64,000 nt of DNA, taken from NCBI GenBank assembly GCA_027036135.1, contig JALVSY010000016.1, positions 472,645 through 536,644 of the forward strand. Direction: 5' to 3'. The stretch is from Pyrodictiaceae archaeon. GTDB taxonomy: Archaea; Thermoproteota; Thermoprotei_A; Sulfolobales; Pyrodictiaceae. The notes beneath the pieces are model-generated. The model searched no databases, was not told the origin of the DNA, and saw nothing but the letters and a program-made list of their open reading frames with translations. Of the stretch, positions 49,256 through 59,360 are shown piece after piece. How positions within the stretch are numbered: the first letter of the stretch is position 1; every line of letters begins with the position of its first letter. Made by a program: the position numbers and the translations under genes.

Positions 49256-51310
49256 TCAGCGATTTCCATGTATGCTGGTCGGCAAATAATGCCCTCCAGG
49301 CGATCCCGGCGGATAGCCTATGCTCATGTAGTAGTCTACCCTTAGAGGCATGAAGTCTCCCTCAACATTCGGCATAACAACTAAACTCCTTTTATAGATA
49401 GCAACATAGATCTCTGTATTCTTATCATTGTATTGGCTGTACATCTCTAGTTCTATTTTTGTCTGATATGCTTGATGAATTGTTATTTGTAGAGCATTTT
49501 TAGCTAGTTCTACTACTGTTAGTGCAGCAGCGACATAGGGGTTAGCAGATGTAGCAGCGGCTGCTAGAAATGTCGAATAAAGCCCGTACACTGTGTTTAT
49601 GAAACCAAGGGCGTCTAACGCTTTACCAATATAGGGGAAGTAGTAATTAACCACTGAGCCCGAGAAACTTTTTAGAGAACTGTATGTAGTTGCTGTATAG
49701 TCTTGATAATAAGGTACTTGGAGTCCATTTTCTTCTTTATAGTAGGCGTATCCGCTATAGACATTATATATGCCTTCATCGCTCCATATAAGTTTATCGT
49801 ATCCCGGCTCATTTTCGCCATTAGATATAGCCATAGCTGTTGGATTCAAATAGTCTATGGAAAGGTATATGTCGGGAACAAAGATAACAGCTGGTTTGAC
49901 AACCCAATAGTTACCATAGGTTTCTACATCGACAACTGTGATGGCGAGATCACCGAGCATTCCTGGACCTATTTGCGAATTTAGTACTATGCAGCCATGT
50001 GGTGCATTCTTATTTATTATTGCCATCTTTGGGCGTTTGTTAATTGTAATAATTCTTTTCTCTTGGGATAGTGTTATGAACCCGAATAATGATAATCCTC
50101 TGACAACCTCCTTATCACTAGTATACTTATACCTTAGTGTGCTATATACATTCCCCGCTAGCGGGTTGTCTGGGTTATAATCTGCTTTTAGACAGATTAC
50201 GGGAAGCACTTCATTTCTTGTTTCTAGTTGTGTGTTTTGCCATGTGTAGTAGTGGTATATGTGTGCTCGGTAGTGGGCTAGGTCTGTTAGGAATTCCCAC
50301 ATGGGTCTTATTAGCCATGCTTTGCCTCCGTGTGTCTGTCCGTCGCTTGCCGCTATGTATGCGAATCTTAGTGCTTGTTCTAGCGAGTACATGTTCTTGT
50401 CTATGTAGTATACTTTGCTAAAGTGCTCGGTGTATATCTCCCAGAGGGTGTCTACGTCGCTACTGGGTGCTGGTTGGCCGTTGTCTAGTCTTATTCTCTG
50501 GTACCATTGCTGGGGTGGTGGCTGGTTGTGTAGGTTGTAGAGGTCTTGGTTGTATACCTCGTAGTAGATTCCGGGGTAGCCTGGCTCGGGGCTCCAATAC
50601 TCTATGCCGGGTCTCGGTCTTACTGGTTTCCCGTGGAGTATTCTCTGTACCTCTGCAATAGCATTGTCTATTGCCTTGCCTATGTCTATTCTGTAGAGCT
50701 TGATGTTTCTTAGGACTATGGTGCCTGAGCTGTATACTCTGTCTAGGAGCCCGCTGGGGTCGCGGCTGGCTAATTGGTAGGCCTTCTGATAGCTGAGCCG
50801 GGGATTCTTTGTTAGTAGGAGGCTTATTGGGCTAAGCGTTGCTCCTCCTATGTACTCTTTCCCGTCCGGGGTGTAGAGTAGCACTAGCATAGTAAGTACT
50901 GGTAGTGACTTGCTCCACATCCTCTCCTCTACTGAGAGCTTGGCCGGCGCCTTGGAGCTTGCGGAGTATAGTTTCTTCCATGCGCTCAGAGCCTTTGAAG
51001 TATCGATGCTTAGTTGTAACACGTTAGCGCTGCCCGTTCTTCCTAGTAGGAAGGCTTCGGTGTCTCCATGCGGGTATGGTAGGTGGGTCTCAACTAGTAG
51101 TACTCCTCCCTTAATAGAGGATAAAGGCTTTGTAGATGTATTATCTACAACCATTATTGCTCTTGTATCTAGGAGTATGTTGAGCTTACTGCTTCTCCAG
51201 GGCAGGGGAAAGATTCCGGCGAACGCTGAGGCGATTACCAGACTCGCCGCGATAACAGCTGCTATAGCTAGGAGGCTAGTTAGGCCGAGTTTTTTTTATA
51301 TCAATTTCAT
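49256..51310 (-). CDS. Large secreted protein with in-frame TAA at codon 5 of its signal peptide (possible pseudogene; ORF 49256-51154 intact)
   Basis: ATG AAA TTG ATA TAA AAA AAA CTC... then signal peptide in frame with the 632-aa ORF; homologous to 1832-3559. Confidence 0.7.
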
Positions 51311-51553
51311 CTCTACCTGACCATGTACCTTCATATATTAGTAGAGTGGTCTTAGATACGCATATTGCGAATAGTTCTGCAGGGATGAAATTTATATAGG
51401 AGTTTACTCTGCTACATAGTCTCCGCGATATAGATTAGAGACTATTATATTTATTGTTCTCTAGTCCGTCGTTCTCTATTAAATCCGTTATTCTAATGGA
51501 GGCAATTAGCGGAGCATCGCTAAAGGTTGTCTAAAGAACGGATACAGGGAGTG

Positions 51554-52552
51554 CTATGCTATTGTGTCTTCTTCTACCTGTGGTTTCTTTGCCTCTGCGT
51601 CTACTAGGTGGCGGCGGAACATTTCCCATAGTAGGAGGGCTGCTGACTTGGGTGGTATGATTCCTCTCTCGGTTACTATCATGTCTATGTAGTCTGGCGG
51701 TGTTGCGTCGAAGGCTGGGTTTCTTACCCTGAGCCCTGGTATGGGTTTCTCTAGTACCTCTGTTGGGCTTCGCTCCTCTATCTCTACTAGCTGGCCTACC
51801 ACGGTGTAGGGGCTGAACTTGTAGGTCTCGGTGGCCACTATGAATGTTACTCCGTGCCTTTTTGCCGCGAGGGCTATTTGGCTTGTCCCTATCTTGTTTA
51901 TTACCGCTCCGTTCGCAGTAACGGTGTCTGCTCCGACTATTACCTTTGTTACGTGCATCTTCTCTATGACTGTGAGCACCGCTGAGTCCGGTACCAGTGT
52001 TACGGGGATGCCTTCCCGGGCTAGATCCCGGGCTGTTATGTAGCCCTGGTACCTGGGCCTCGTCTCCGTCGCGTATACTTTGAAGCGCTTGCCCTGCTTC
52101 CAAGCCGTCACCAGTACCGACTCAACAGCGCTACTGTTACAATGGGTTAGGATAGTGTCCCCTGTTCTTATTAGGCGTGCTCCTATCTCGCCTAGCCTCC
52201 TCAGAGCCTGCTTGGAGTACTCTATGAACTCCCTTGCTCTCTCTATTACTGCTCTCCGCGCCTCCTCTAGGCTCTGGTACTTCTCTTCGCGGAGAACTGT
52301 CATTACGTAGTTGACGGCGTTGGGTAGGCTCACGGCGGTAGGCCTCGTGGAGACCAGTAGGTTCGCGACCCCCTCCATGTACTCGAGGAACTCCTCTAGG
52401 CTCTCGCCGCGGTACTCCTCGGCTGCCCTCATTAGTGCCTGTGCTGCTGCTCGCGCGATTCTGCCAGCACCCCTTATCCTCATAGTCTTTATGTCATCGG
52501 CTATCCTCTTCACGTCCTCCGGTACCAGTCCGAGGACGCGTTCCCGGTCCAT
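51554..52552 (-). CDS. Ribose-1,5-bisphosphate isomerase (eIF2B-like family)
   Basis: IRGAGRIA, TRPTAVSLPN, THCNS, ETRP, GAD, NKIGT, NPAFD. Confidence 0.92.
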   Translation of the reverse strand: MDRERVLGLVPEDVKRIADDIKTMRIRGAGRIARAAAQALMRAAEEYRGESLEEFLEYMEGVANLLVSTRPTAVSLPNAVNYVMTVLREEKYQSLEEARRAVIERAREFIEYSKQALRRLGEIGARLIRTGDTILTHCNSSAVESVLVTAWKQGKRFKVYATETRPRYQGYITARDLAREGIPVTLVPDSAVLTVIEKMHVTKVIVGADTVTANGAVINKIGTSQIALAAKRHGVTFIVATETYKFSPYTVVGQLVEIEERSPTEVLEKPIPGLRVRNPAFDATPPDYIDMIVTERGIIPPKSAALLLWEMFRRHLVDAEAKKPQVEEDTIA

Positions 52553-53601
52553 CACTTCTCCCTCACCTCTTCCCCTGCTAGCTCTAGTAGCCGCTTCGAA
52601 GCCCTCGAGACAAGCTCGTCTATGGGCTCTAGCCTCGGCGGCCAATCGCCGTAGATCTCACGGATCATTAGGGGTACTGCCTCGGGGGCCAAGACTCCCC
52701 GCTCGGTGGCGAGCGCGTCTATCAAGTGGCTCGGGATTATCTCGAAGAGCGGGGCGTAGCCCCTCACTCCCAGTTCCCGGAGATCCTCTGGCACTATCTC
52801 GTCGCCGAGTGCTGGTGACTCAACTGTGAGGCCGTAGACTGTCTCGGGGTACAGCTTGTAGCTCCCAGCAACAACTATGAGTCTGACCCTCGCCTCGTTA
52901 GCTACTAGTGCGAGGAGCCCGCTACCAGCCCGCGAAACAACCGAGCCATCAGCCATAACCGCGTCTGCCCCTATGAGGGCCTTTGTTGCGTCGCGGGCGA
53001 AGAACCTCATAGCAGAGTCAACTATCAGTGTCACGTCGAAGCCCTTCTCGACAAGAGTCTTCGCGGCCTCTAGGCCATCTAGGAGTGGGCGTGACTCAGC
53101 AACTATTACGCGTACATGCTTACCCATGGCAGCGGCCTTCTCCAAGGCCCTTATAACGCTGCGACTATACCCGAAGGTCAATACAACGTCTCCATCGCTG
53201 AGCCTCCTAGCAGCAATCTCGGCCGCTGCCTCCGTCTCAGCGACAACGCTGCGAAGCGTTGACTCAACGCTCTCTATAACTAGGCGCCTAGCCTCCCCGA
53301 GGGAGCCATAGGACCCGGCTGCAAGTGAGCCCAGTACGCGGCGAGCAACATTGACGAGGAGCGCGGAGAACGGGTACTCCTCTATACGTGCCTTAAGATA
53401 ATCAACTGCCTCGAGGAGCTCCGAGACAGTATTGCTTCTCTCAACGAGCCGCGTAAAGTCACGGATAACTATCTCAGCAGCCTCGGTGGCGCCGAGCCCG
53501 CGTAGACGAGAAACCATGCCAGCCTCGGGCAAAGTGTCCACCAAGCACAGGTTCTCGGCTAAGTAGATAGAAGCCACGAAGGGGTTACAAAAAAGAAGCA
53601 C
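52552..53601 (-). CDS. eIF2B alpha/beta/delta-family paralog, catalytic Cys absent (start probably 53517-53541)
   Basis: LTFGYS, ESRP, GADAV, SRAGS, TERG; TGATG overlap with isomerase. Confidence 0.85.
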   Translation of the reverse strand: MLLFCNPFVASIYLAENLCLVDTLPEAGMVSRLRGLGATEAAEIVIRDFTRLVERSNTVSELLEAVDYLKARIEEYPFSALLVNVARRVLGSLAAGSYGSLGEARRLVIESVESTLRSVVAETEAAAEIAARRLSDGDVVLTFGYSRSVIRALEKAAAMGKHVRVIVAESRPLLDGLEAAKTLVEKGFDVTLIVDSAMRFFARDATKALIGADAVMADGSVVSRAGSGLLALVANEARVRLIVVAGSYKLYPETVYGLTVESPALGDEIVPEDLRELGVRGYAPLFEIIPSHLIDALATERGVLAPEAVPLMIREIYGDWPPRLEPIDELVSRASKRLLELAGEEVREK

Positions 53602-53696
53602 ACCGCCAAGTAAGTCACGGTAATAGTATGTGCTCTATTAGTTACCGCGTGATTTGTGGGAAATAATAATTATATATCCCACTCTTCTCATAGGAA

Positions 53697-53975
53697 GTGG
53701 GAGGTAGAGAGCCTTTGTCCCTAACTGTTGTACGTGTAGACGAGAAGGGTAGGGTGACTATACCTAGTACTATAAGGGATGCAGCAGGAATAAAGACTGG
53801 GACCAAGCTACTCGTGAGACTAAGAGAGGACGGCTCTATAGAACTGATTCCGCTGGATAAGCTCTACGAGAGGGTCTCCAAGACGTTCCGGGAAAAACTC
53901 GGGGACTGGAGAGAGGAGGAGCACGAAGCAACCAAGCTACTCAACGAGTTGGTGAGACGACGTGGAGATAATTGA
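53697..53975 (+). CDS. AbrB/MazE-type antitoxin
   Basis: VDEKGRVTIPSTIRDAAGI. Confidence 0.9.
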   Translation: MGGREPLSLTVVRVDEKGRVTIPSTIRDAAGIKTGTKLLVRLREDGSIELIPLDKLYERVSKTFREKLGDWREEEHEATKLLNELVRRRGDN

Positions 53976-54348
53976 TACTGTATACCTTGTAGCCTATCTT
54001 AATCCAGCAGATAGGTTACACAATGAGGCAGCTAGGATAATCGAGAGCATAGGCGAGACAGGGAGAGTTTCCCAAGCAGCTCTCCTAGAGCTAGACCTAC
54101 TAATGAAGAGTAGAGGCTTCACACTAAGCGAGAGACGAGACGCATGGACACTTCTCTCAGCACTAGTGGGTAATTACGTAGAGCCTGTTCTCCCCAGCGA
54201 CTTCTCCCTAGCAGCGATACTAGCCGAGACCCATGGACTGGACTACTTTGACTCACTTGTCGCTGCTCAGTGCATTAATCGCGGCGCAGAACCACTGACC
54301 ACGGATGAGCAAATTACCCGGGTGGTAAGGGAGCATAGGGGCGACTAG
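53962..54348 (+). CDS. vapC: PIN domain toxin (VapC)
   Basis: IIDT, LLE, YFDSLVAA, LTTD. Confidence 0.9.
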   Translation: MEIIDTVYLVAYLNPADRLHNEAARIIESIGETGRVSQAALLELDLLMKSRGFTLSERRDAWTLLSALVGNYVEPVLPSDFSLAAILAETHGLDYFDSLVAAQCINRGAEPLTTDEQITRVVREHRGD

Positions 54349-55697
54349 TCTCCTCTGCACGCGATTCTTGGGCTACAGGGTGGCTCTGGCTCCTTGCCAG
54401 GGCCTATTCTCTCTATGAACTCGTTTAGCTGCTTCGCCGCCCTAGCTGCTTCTTCGAGTAGTTGTGGCTTCTTCTCTGGGCTCAGTACTAGCCTACCGTT
54501 GATTGCCACGTAGTCGGGGGTGCATTTCTCACAGCTATAGACAAGTACTTGCTCGAGATTATCCCTGCGGAGAGGCAGGGCAGATGGAGTAACACCGTTC
54601 ACAACCACTATGTCACCTGGGGCCCCTGGCTGTAGGGTCCCCGCTCCACGAGGGAGCATCATTGCCCCCGCCGAGCCCGTCGTGGCTGCCCGGAGGACGT
54701 GGCGGGCCTTAACCCGTGTGTCCCAGTAGCTGTGTCTTTGCAGTAGCACGGCTATCTTCATCTCGGAGAACATGTTGAGGGAATCATTGGATGCAGGGCC
54801 ATCGGTGCCTAGGGCAACGTTTATCCCGCTCTCCATTGCCTCGTAAAGAGGGAAGTGCCCAGCAGTTGCCAGCTTCATATTACTCGCCGGGCAATGGACT
54901 AGGCTCGCCCCCTTCTCCTTTACGAGGCCTAGTTCCCAGGAAGCAATCCAGCCAGCATGAACCAGCACGGTGTTCTCGCTGAGCGCGCCCAGCTTCCCTA
55001 GGAGCTCTACGGGGAATACGCCGTAGCGCTTCTTGGCCTCATATACCTCCCTCCGCGTCTCGGAGACATGGATGTGGAACGGCACACCTAGCTCCACTGC
55101 AGCGCGGTGTCCCTCCCTTATAGCCTCTAGGGGCGCTGCATAGATGCTATGAACATTGATCGCGCCGCCCACGAGGGGGTCTCCGAGCAGTTTACGAGCA
55201 TACCGCCTAGCCTCCTCAACCGCCCTATAGGGGTCAACGTCGCCCATGATTACTGGGCCTACGCGGGCACGGAGCCCCAGCCTACGAGCAGCCTCAGCAG
55301 CCTCGTCGGGGAAGAAATACATGTCCATGAAGCCACAGGTACCCGAGAACAACATCTCTATCCCGGAAACCAGGGAGCCCAAGAAAGCCTCCCGGCTCGA
55401 TAAGCGGTGCTCAACAAACCACATAGCCTGCAACCAGTCATGAAGCTCAGCATCACTATAATAGCCGCGTAGAACACTCATAGCGGCATGAGTATGGGCA
55501 TTATACATGCAAGGCATAGCAACGCTATGCTCGCCGCACTCAATAACGTATCCAGTCTTAGAGCCGCTAGGAGGGTTATCACCAACATACTCTATTACAC
55601 CGTTGCTCACCAGTATGCTTGTATCGACAAGAGGCTTGCACCCAGCACACAGTAGCACAAATCTACATCCTTTTAACAACAATGTCTCAGCATTCAA
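54345..55697 (-). CDS. Amidohydrolase, MTA/SAH deaminase-like
   Basis: NAHTHAAM, DMYF, HIHVSET, HCPASNMKL, LGTDG. Confidence 0.9.
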   Translation of the reverse strand: MNAETLLLKGCRFVLLCAGCKPLVDTSILVSNGVIEYVGDNPPSGSKTGYVIECGEHSVAMPCMYNAHTHAAMSVLRGYYSDAELHDWLQAMWFVEHRLSSREAFLGSLVSGIEMLFSGTCGFMDMYFFPDEAAEAARRLGLRARVGPVIMGDVDPYRAVEEARRYARKLLGDPLVGGAINVHSIYAAPLEAIREGHRAAVELGVPFHIHVSETRREVYEAKKRYGVFPVELLGKLGALSENTVLVHAGWIASWELGLVKEKGASLVHCPASNMKLATAGHFPLYEAMESGINVALGTDGPASNDSLNMFSEMKIAVLLQRHSYWDTRVKARHVLRAATTGSAGAMMLPRGAGTLQPGAPGDIVVVNGVTPSALPLRRDNLEQVLVYSCEKCTPDYVAINGRLVLSPEKKPQLLEEAARAAKQLNEFIERIGPGKEPEPPCSPRIACRGD

Positions 55698-55842
55698 CTG
55701 TTCTCGCCCCTACCTAGGCTCCTGACTACCCTTGAGCCGGGCGGGAATTGCTCCATGGCGCTACCTAGAACTTCTTTGGATAGTGAGAACAAGTGCAGGG
55801 CTCCTTAATAAGAATCCAGTGGCTCCCTACAATTCGGGAACC

Positions 55843-56403
55843 ATGCCACCAGCGACGCGAAGCAGAAGTAAGCCCTCTCTACACCGTGTTCCTAGAGGCG
55901 TTACTCCCTTGCTGCGCTGGGCCCTGGTTATCACGAGTGACCGGGTAAAGGAGAACCCGGAGCTAGACGAGACTACCCCGGTTATAGAGAAGCTTCTCGA
56001 GGAGAGGGGGCACAAGCTAGTCAAGAGACTCATTGTCGGCAACGACCCCGTTGAGATTCTCTGGGCGCTGGCTGAGGCCCTCCGCGTAGCCGACGTGGTA
56101 CTTGCTACTGGAGGCACCGGGCCCAATCCAAGGGACATAACGGCCGATATTGCTGCGAGGATTTGTGACCGTGTACTACCAGGTATAGGTGAGGAGTTCA
56201 GGCGCCGCAGCCTAGAGAAAGGCGTGGCTAATGCTGTGCTTAGCCGTGCCCTTGGCTGCGGCTTCTCAGGGAGACTGGTAGCGGTTAGCCCCGGTAACCC
56301 GGACGCTGCGAGGACCATGGCTGAGCTATTGCTTGGGGTCGCCGAGCACGCTGTAGAGCAGCTCCGCGGGATGAAGCATCGGCATAAGAGCCGGGGAGGC
56401 TAG
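55843..56403 (+). CDS. moaB: MoaB/Mog molybdopterin adenylyltransferase family
   Basis: ITSD, TGGTG..PRDIT, LPGIGE.FR, LSRA, PG.P. Confidence 0.9.
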   Translation: MPPATRSRSKPSLHRVPRGVTPLLRWALVITSDRVKENPELDETTPVIEKLLEERGHKLVKRLIVGNDPVEILWALAEALRVADVVLATGGTGPNPRDITADIAARICDRVLPGIGEEFRRRSLEKGVANAVLSRALGCGFSGRLVAVSPGNPDAARTMAELLLGVAEHAVEQLRGMKHRHKSRGG

Positions 56404-56483
56404 CGCAAGATATATGGGGGCTTGTTATCTCCCACAACTCGGACACGGGTATCTAGCACACCAAGTATTCTGCGGCGATAGCC

Positions 56484-56951
56484 ATGCCAGCCTATACTAC
56501 GAGGACAAGCCCGGGCCAAGAGGCTGCCCAGCTCGGTGTCCCCGCCCCGCTCCCTGTCGTCCAGAAGGTGATTAATGAGCTACAGGAGAGCATTGAGAAG
56601 GAGTACCCGAGGATACTCGAACTCAATAGCTGCAGCCACGAGTTCATGGAGATACTCGACAAGCTGGAAGAGAAGGCTACCAAGGAGCTAGCAGCAGCGG
56701 GGTTCAAGAAGGTAGAGCTACCCAGCTCCAGGGAGAGACGAGATCTACCGATAGGTTTCTACATGTTCCAGGGCCAGATACTTGTTGAGATAGGGGTAAA
56801 GGAGCTAAACAAATGCGGCAAGATAGGGGAACTAACAGGAGGCGAGCCCCCGAGAATATATGCACGCGTCTACCTAGGCGGGCAAGCAGCCTACGTACTA
56901 GAGGCTGAGAGTCCTAGGAAGAGGAGAGAAGAGACACGCTACTTCATATAG
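56484..56951 (+). CDS. Hypothetical protein
   Basis: 155-aa ORF with upstream TATA (gatatatg ~56410). Confidence 0.65.
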   Translation: MPAYTTRTSPGQEAAQLGVPAPLPVVQKVINELQESIEKEYPRILELNSCSHEFMEILDKLEEKATKELAAAGFKKVELPSSRERRDLPIGFYMFQGQILVEIGVKELNKCGKIGELTGGEPPRIYARVYLGGQAAYVLEAESPRKRREETRYFI

Positions 56952-56962
56952 GGAGGCCTGGT

Positions 56963-57580
56963 TTACTCATCTACGGCCCAGTCATCGTCTATCTCGTCGT
57001 AGTCCTCTCCCTCATAACCCTCTACTTCCCCGACTTCTCTAGCTTCGGTAGCGGCTCCCAGTAGCTCAACTATCTCAATAGCCGGCACTATGCCTAGCAG
57101 GGCTAGGAGAGGGAGGGCTAGGAGGAACTCATCAAGCCCCCATACCCAGCTTGGCGGGAGTACTTTCTCTCTACGATAGTGCTGGTAGGCTTCTAGTAGC
57201 TTGTCTAGCTGCCTCCTTGCCTCGGCTACCGCGTCGAGGCCTTGTCTCGTGAGCCTTAGCCTCATCCTCTTTATTATCCTGCCCTCCTCGTGTCTCTCTA
57301 TGAGGCCCTTGGCCTCAAGCTCCTCAACTATTTGCTCAACTGTCTCCTTTGAGGTATTCAGCGCCCTCGCTACCGCGTCAACGGTGTCTATGCCATTGCT
57401 TATTGCTAGGAGTACTGCTGCCTCACTCGGGCGAAGCTCCACTACCCGGTACCCATCTAGAAGTAGAGAGTAATCGGGGTCTCTGAATAGACTTGTGTCG
57501 CTAAAACCACGAGGTATCTTCGTCACTGCTAGTCCTTCTTGCCTAGGAGTAGTCTTCTCAGCTTCTCCTGGTCGAGGCAC
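56963..57580 (-). CDS. wHTH (MarR-like) protein with hydrophobic segment and acidic tail
   Basis: VARAL...LEAKGLIER...LRLTRQG; FLLALPLLALLG; D/E-rich end. Confidence 0.75.
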   Translation of the reverse strand: MPRPGEAEKTTPRQEGLAVTKIPRGFSDTSLFRDPDYSLLLDGYRVVELRPSEAAVLLAISNGIDTVDAVARALNTSKETVEQIVEELEAKGLIERHEEGRIIKRMRLRLTRQGLDAVAEARRQLDKLLEAYQHYRREKVLPPSWVWGLDEFLLALPLLALLGIVPAIEIVELLGAATEAREVGEVEGYEGEDYDEIDDDWAVDE

Positions 57581-58107
57581 CTTGCAGGATTCCCTGTGCC
57601 TGTTTCATAGATCTTTGCTAGCTCCTCAAAGAGGCATTCCTGGCTCGCAGCGCTTCTTAGCTCCTTATCGCTTAGTGCCCGTTCTAGAATCTTTCTTGCT
57701 GCCTCGGCTAGGCCCTCCTGCGCCTTTGCGTAAGCGCCTGCTAGTGCCGCTAAGTGTTTCCCAAGGATTCCTCTTCGGCGCCAAATGGCTTCCCCGGCTA
57801 CGTGTGCTTCCCAGAACCTGTTCTCTCTCAGTAGCTGAGTATATGTGTCTAGGAGGCAGCTACTCCTCTCTAATTGCTCTATGTCTGGTTCCCCGTACTC
57901 TTCTAGTTTTGCGCCTAGCTCCTCTTCTAGCCTCCTTAGTTGTTCTTTGCTAGGCTTGGTAAAGGTGACTATCTCTATGAGGCCCCTCGTTATCCTTAGG
58001 GTTGAGCGCGGCAACGTCTTGGACACTCTTCTTTGAAGGCTTGGTGCTTCTCTCGGTGTTAGTTTCTTTGCCGGCCTTAGCCTCAGTAGTACTGTGTGTT
58101 CCTCCAT
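57529..58107 (-). CDS. DUF309 family protein
   Basis: RFWEAHVAGEAIW motif. Confidence 0.75.
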   Translation of the reverse strand: MEEHTVLLRLRPAKKLTPREAPSLQRRVSKTLPRSTLRITRGLIEIVTFTKPSKEQLRRLEEELGAKLEEYGEPDIEQLERSSCLLDTYTQLLRENRFWEAHVAGEAIWRRRGILGKHLAALAGAYAKAQEGLAEAARKILERALSDKELRSAASQECLFEELAKIYETGTGNPARCLDQEKLRRLLLGKKD

Positions 58108-58181
58108 GCCGCGCCTAGCCTCCCTTGTTAACGAGTGTTTACTTGGCTCAGGGGGCTTGATTTACGTATTGCTCAGAGATA

Positions 58182-58227
58182 CAAAACAATCGTCGATAGT
58201 CGAAGGATATTATCGACTATTGTTTTG
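58182..58227. promoter_or_regulatory. 17-bp inverted repeat (1 mismatch) upstream of mevalonate operon
   Basis: CAAAACAATCGTCGATA-N12-TATCGACTATTGTTTTG. Confidence 0.55.
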
Positions 58228-58286
58228 AGGGAAGAATACTTGTACCACGAGCCCTGTGCTACGCACTATTGCTTGGAAGAAGCGTC

Positions 58287-59342
58287 ATGGCCCGAGACAG
58301 TGGAGTCGTTGGATGGGGGGCCTATATCCCCCGCTACCGGGTAAAGATGGAGGAGATAGCAAGGGTCTGGGGCTGGGAGCCAAGCGTCCCCAAGGGTCTA
58401 GGTGTCGTTGAGAAGGCTATCGCGGGGCCGGACGAGGACTCGCTCACAATGGGCTACGAGGCGGCCCTAAACGCTATCCGTAGAGCAGGCATAGACCCCT
58501 CCGAGATCAAGGCCGTGTTCTTCGGTTCCGAGTCGAAGCCATACGCGGTCAAGCCAGCCGCGACGATCATAGCTGAGGCCCTCGGGATAACGCCGGAGAC
58601 CATGGCATCTGACCTAGAGTTTGCCTGCAGAGCTGGGAGCGAGGGTCTGAGAGCAGCCCTGGGCCTAGTGGAGGCTGGGTACATGAAGTACGCCCTAGCA
58701 ATAGGCTCCGATACCGCACAGGCTAATCCCGGGAACGTGCTAGAGTTCACGGCTTCTAGTGGAGCAGCAGCCTTCGTTGCTGGGCCCGCATCGGAGAGCG
58801 TTGCTGTGCTAGAGGGTGTCTACACCTATGTCACTGATACACCGGACTTCTGGAGAGGCGCTCACAGCAAATACCCCTTGCACGGCGAGGGCTTCACCGG
58901 CGAGCCAGCCTACTTTGCCCACATAATAGGCGCTGTTAAGGGGTTAATGGAGCAGCTAGGACTCCGGCCAGAGGACTTCGACTACGCGATATTCCATCAG
59001 CCAAACGGCAAGTTCCCCCTAAGGGTTGGGGCACGCCTAGGCATACCGAGGGAGAAGATACTCCCAGGCCTCGTAACACCAGTGATAGGGAATACCTACA
59101 ATGGTAGCGCCCTCATAGGCTTCGCAAGGGTGCTTGACCAGGCCAAGCCCGGGCAGAGGATACTCGTAGCACCCTTCGGCAGCGGCGCTGGGAGTGACGC
59201 CTATAGCTTTGTGGTGACGGACAGGATCGAGGAGAGGAGGGACAAGGCTCCGAGCGTTGACACCTATATTGAGAGAAAGAAGTACGTAGACTACGCCCTC
59301 TACGCGAAGATGAGGGGGATTATTGAGCGCATATATGAGTAA
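58287..59342 (+). CDS. Hydroxymethylglutaryl-CoA synthase
   Basis: [34 protein letters not shown]. Confidence 0.96.
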   Translation: MARDSGVVGWGAYIPRYRVKMEEIARVWGWEPSVPKGLGVVEKAIAGPDEDSLTMGYEAALNAIRRAGIDPSEIKAVFFGSESKPYAVKPAATIIAEALGITPETMASDLEFACRAGSEGLRAALGLVEAGYMKYALAIGSDTAQANPGNVLEFTASSGAAAFVAGPASESVAVLEGVYTYVTDTPDFWRGAHSKYPLHGEGFTGEPAYFAHIIGAVKGLMEQLGLRPEDFDYAIFHQPNGKFPLRVGARLGIPREKILPGLVTPVIGNTYNGSALIGFARVLDQAKPGQRILVAPFGSGAGSDAYSFVVTDRIEERRDKAPSVDTYIERKKYVDYALYAKMRGIIERIYE

Positions 59343-59360
59343 CTAGGAGAGGTGTGATAC

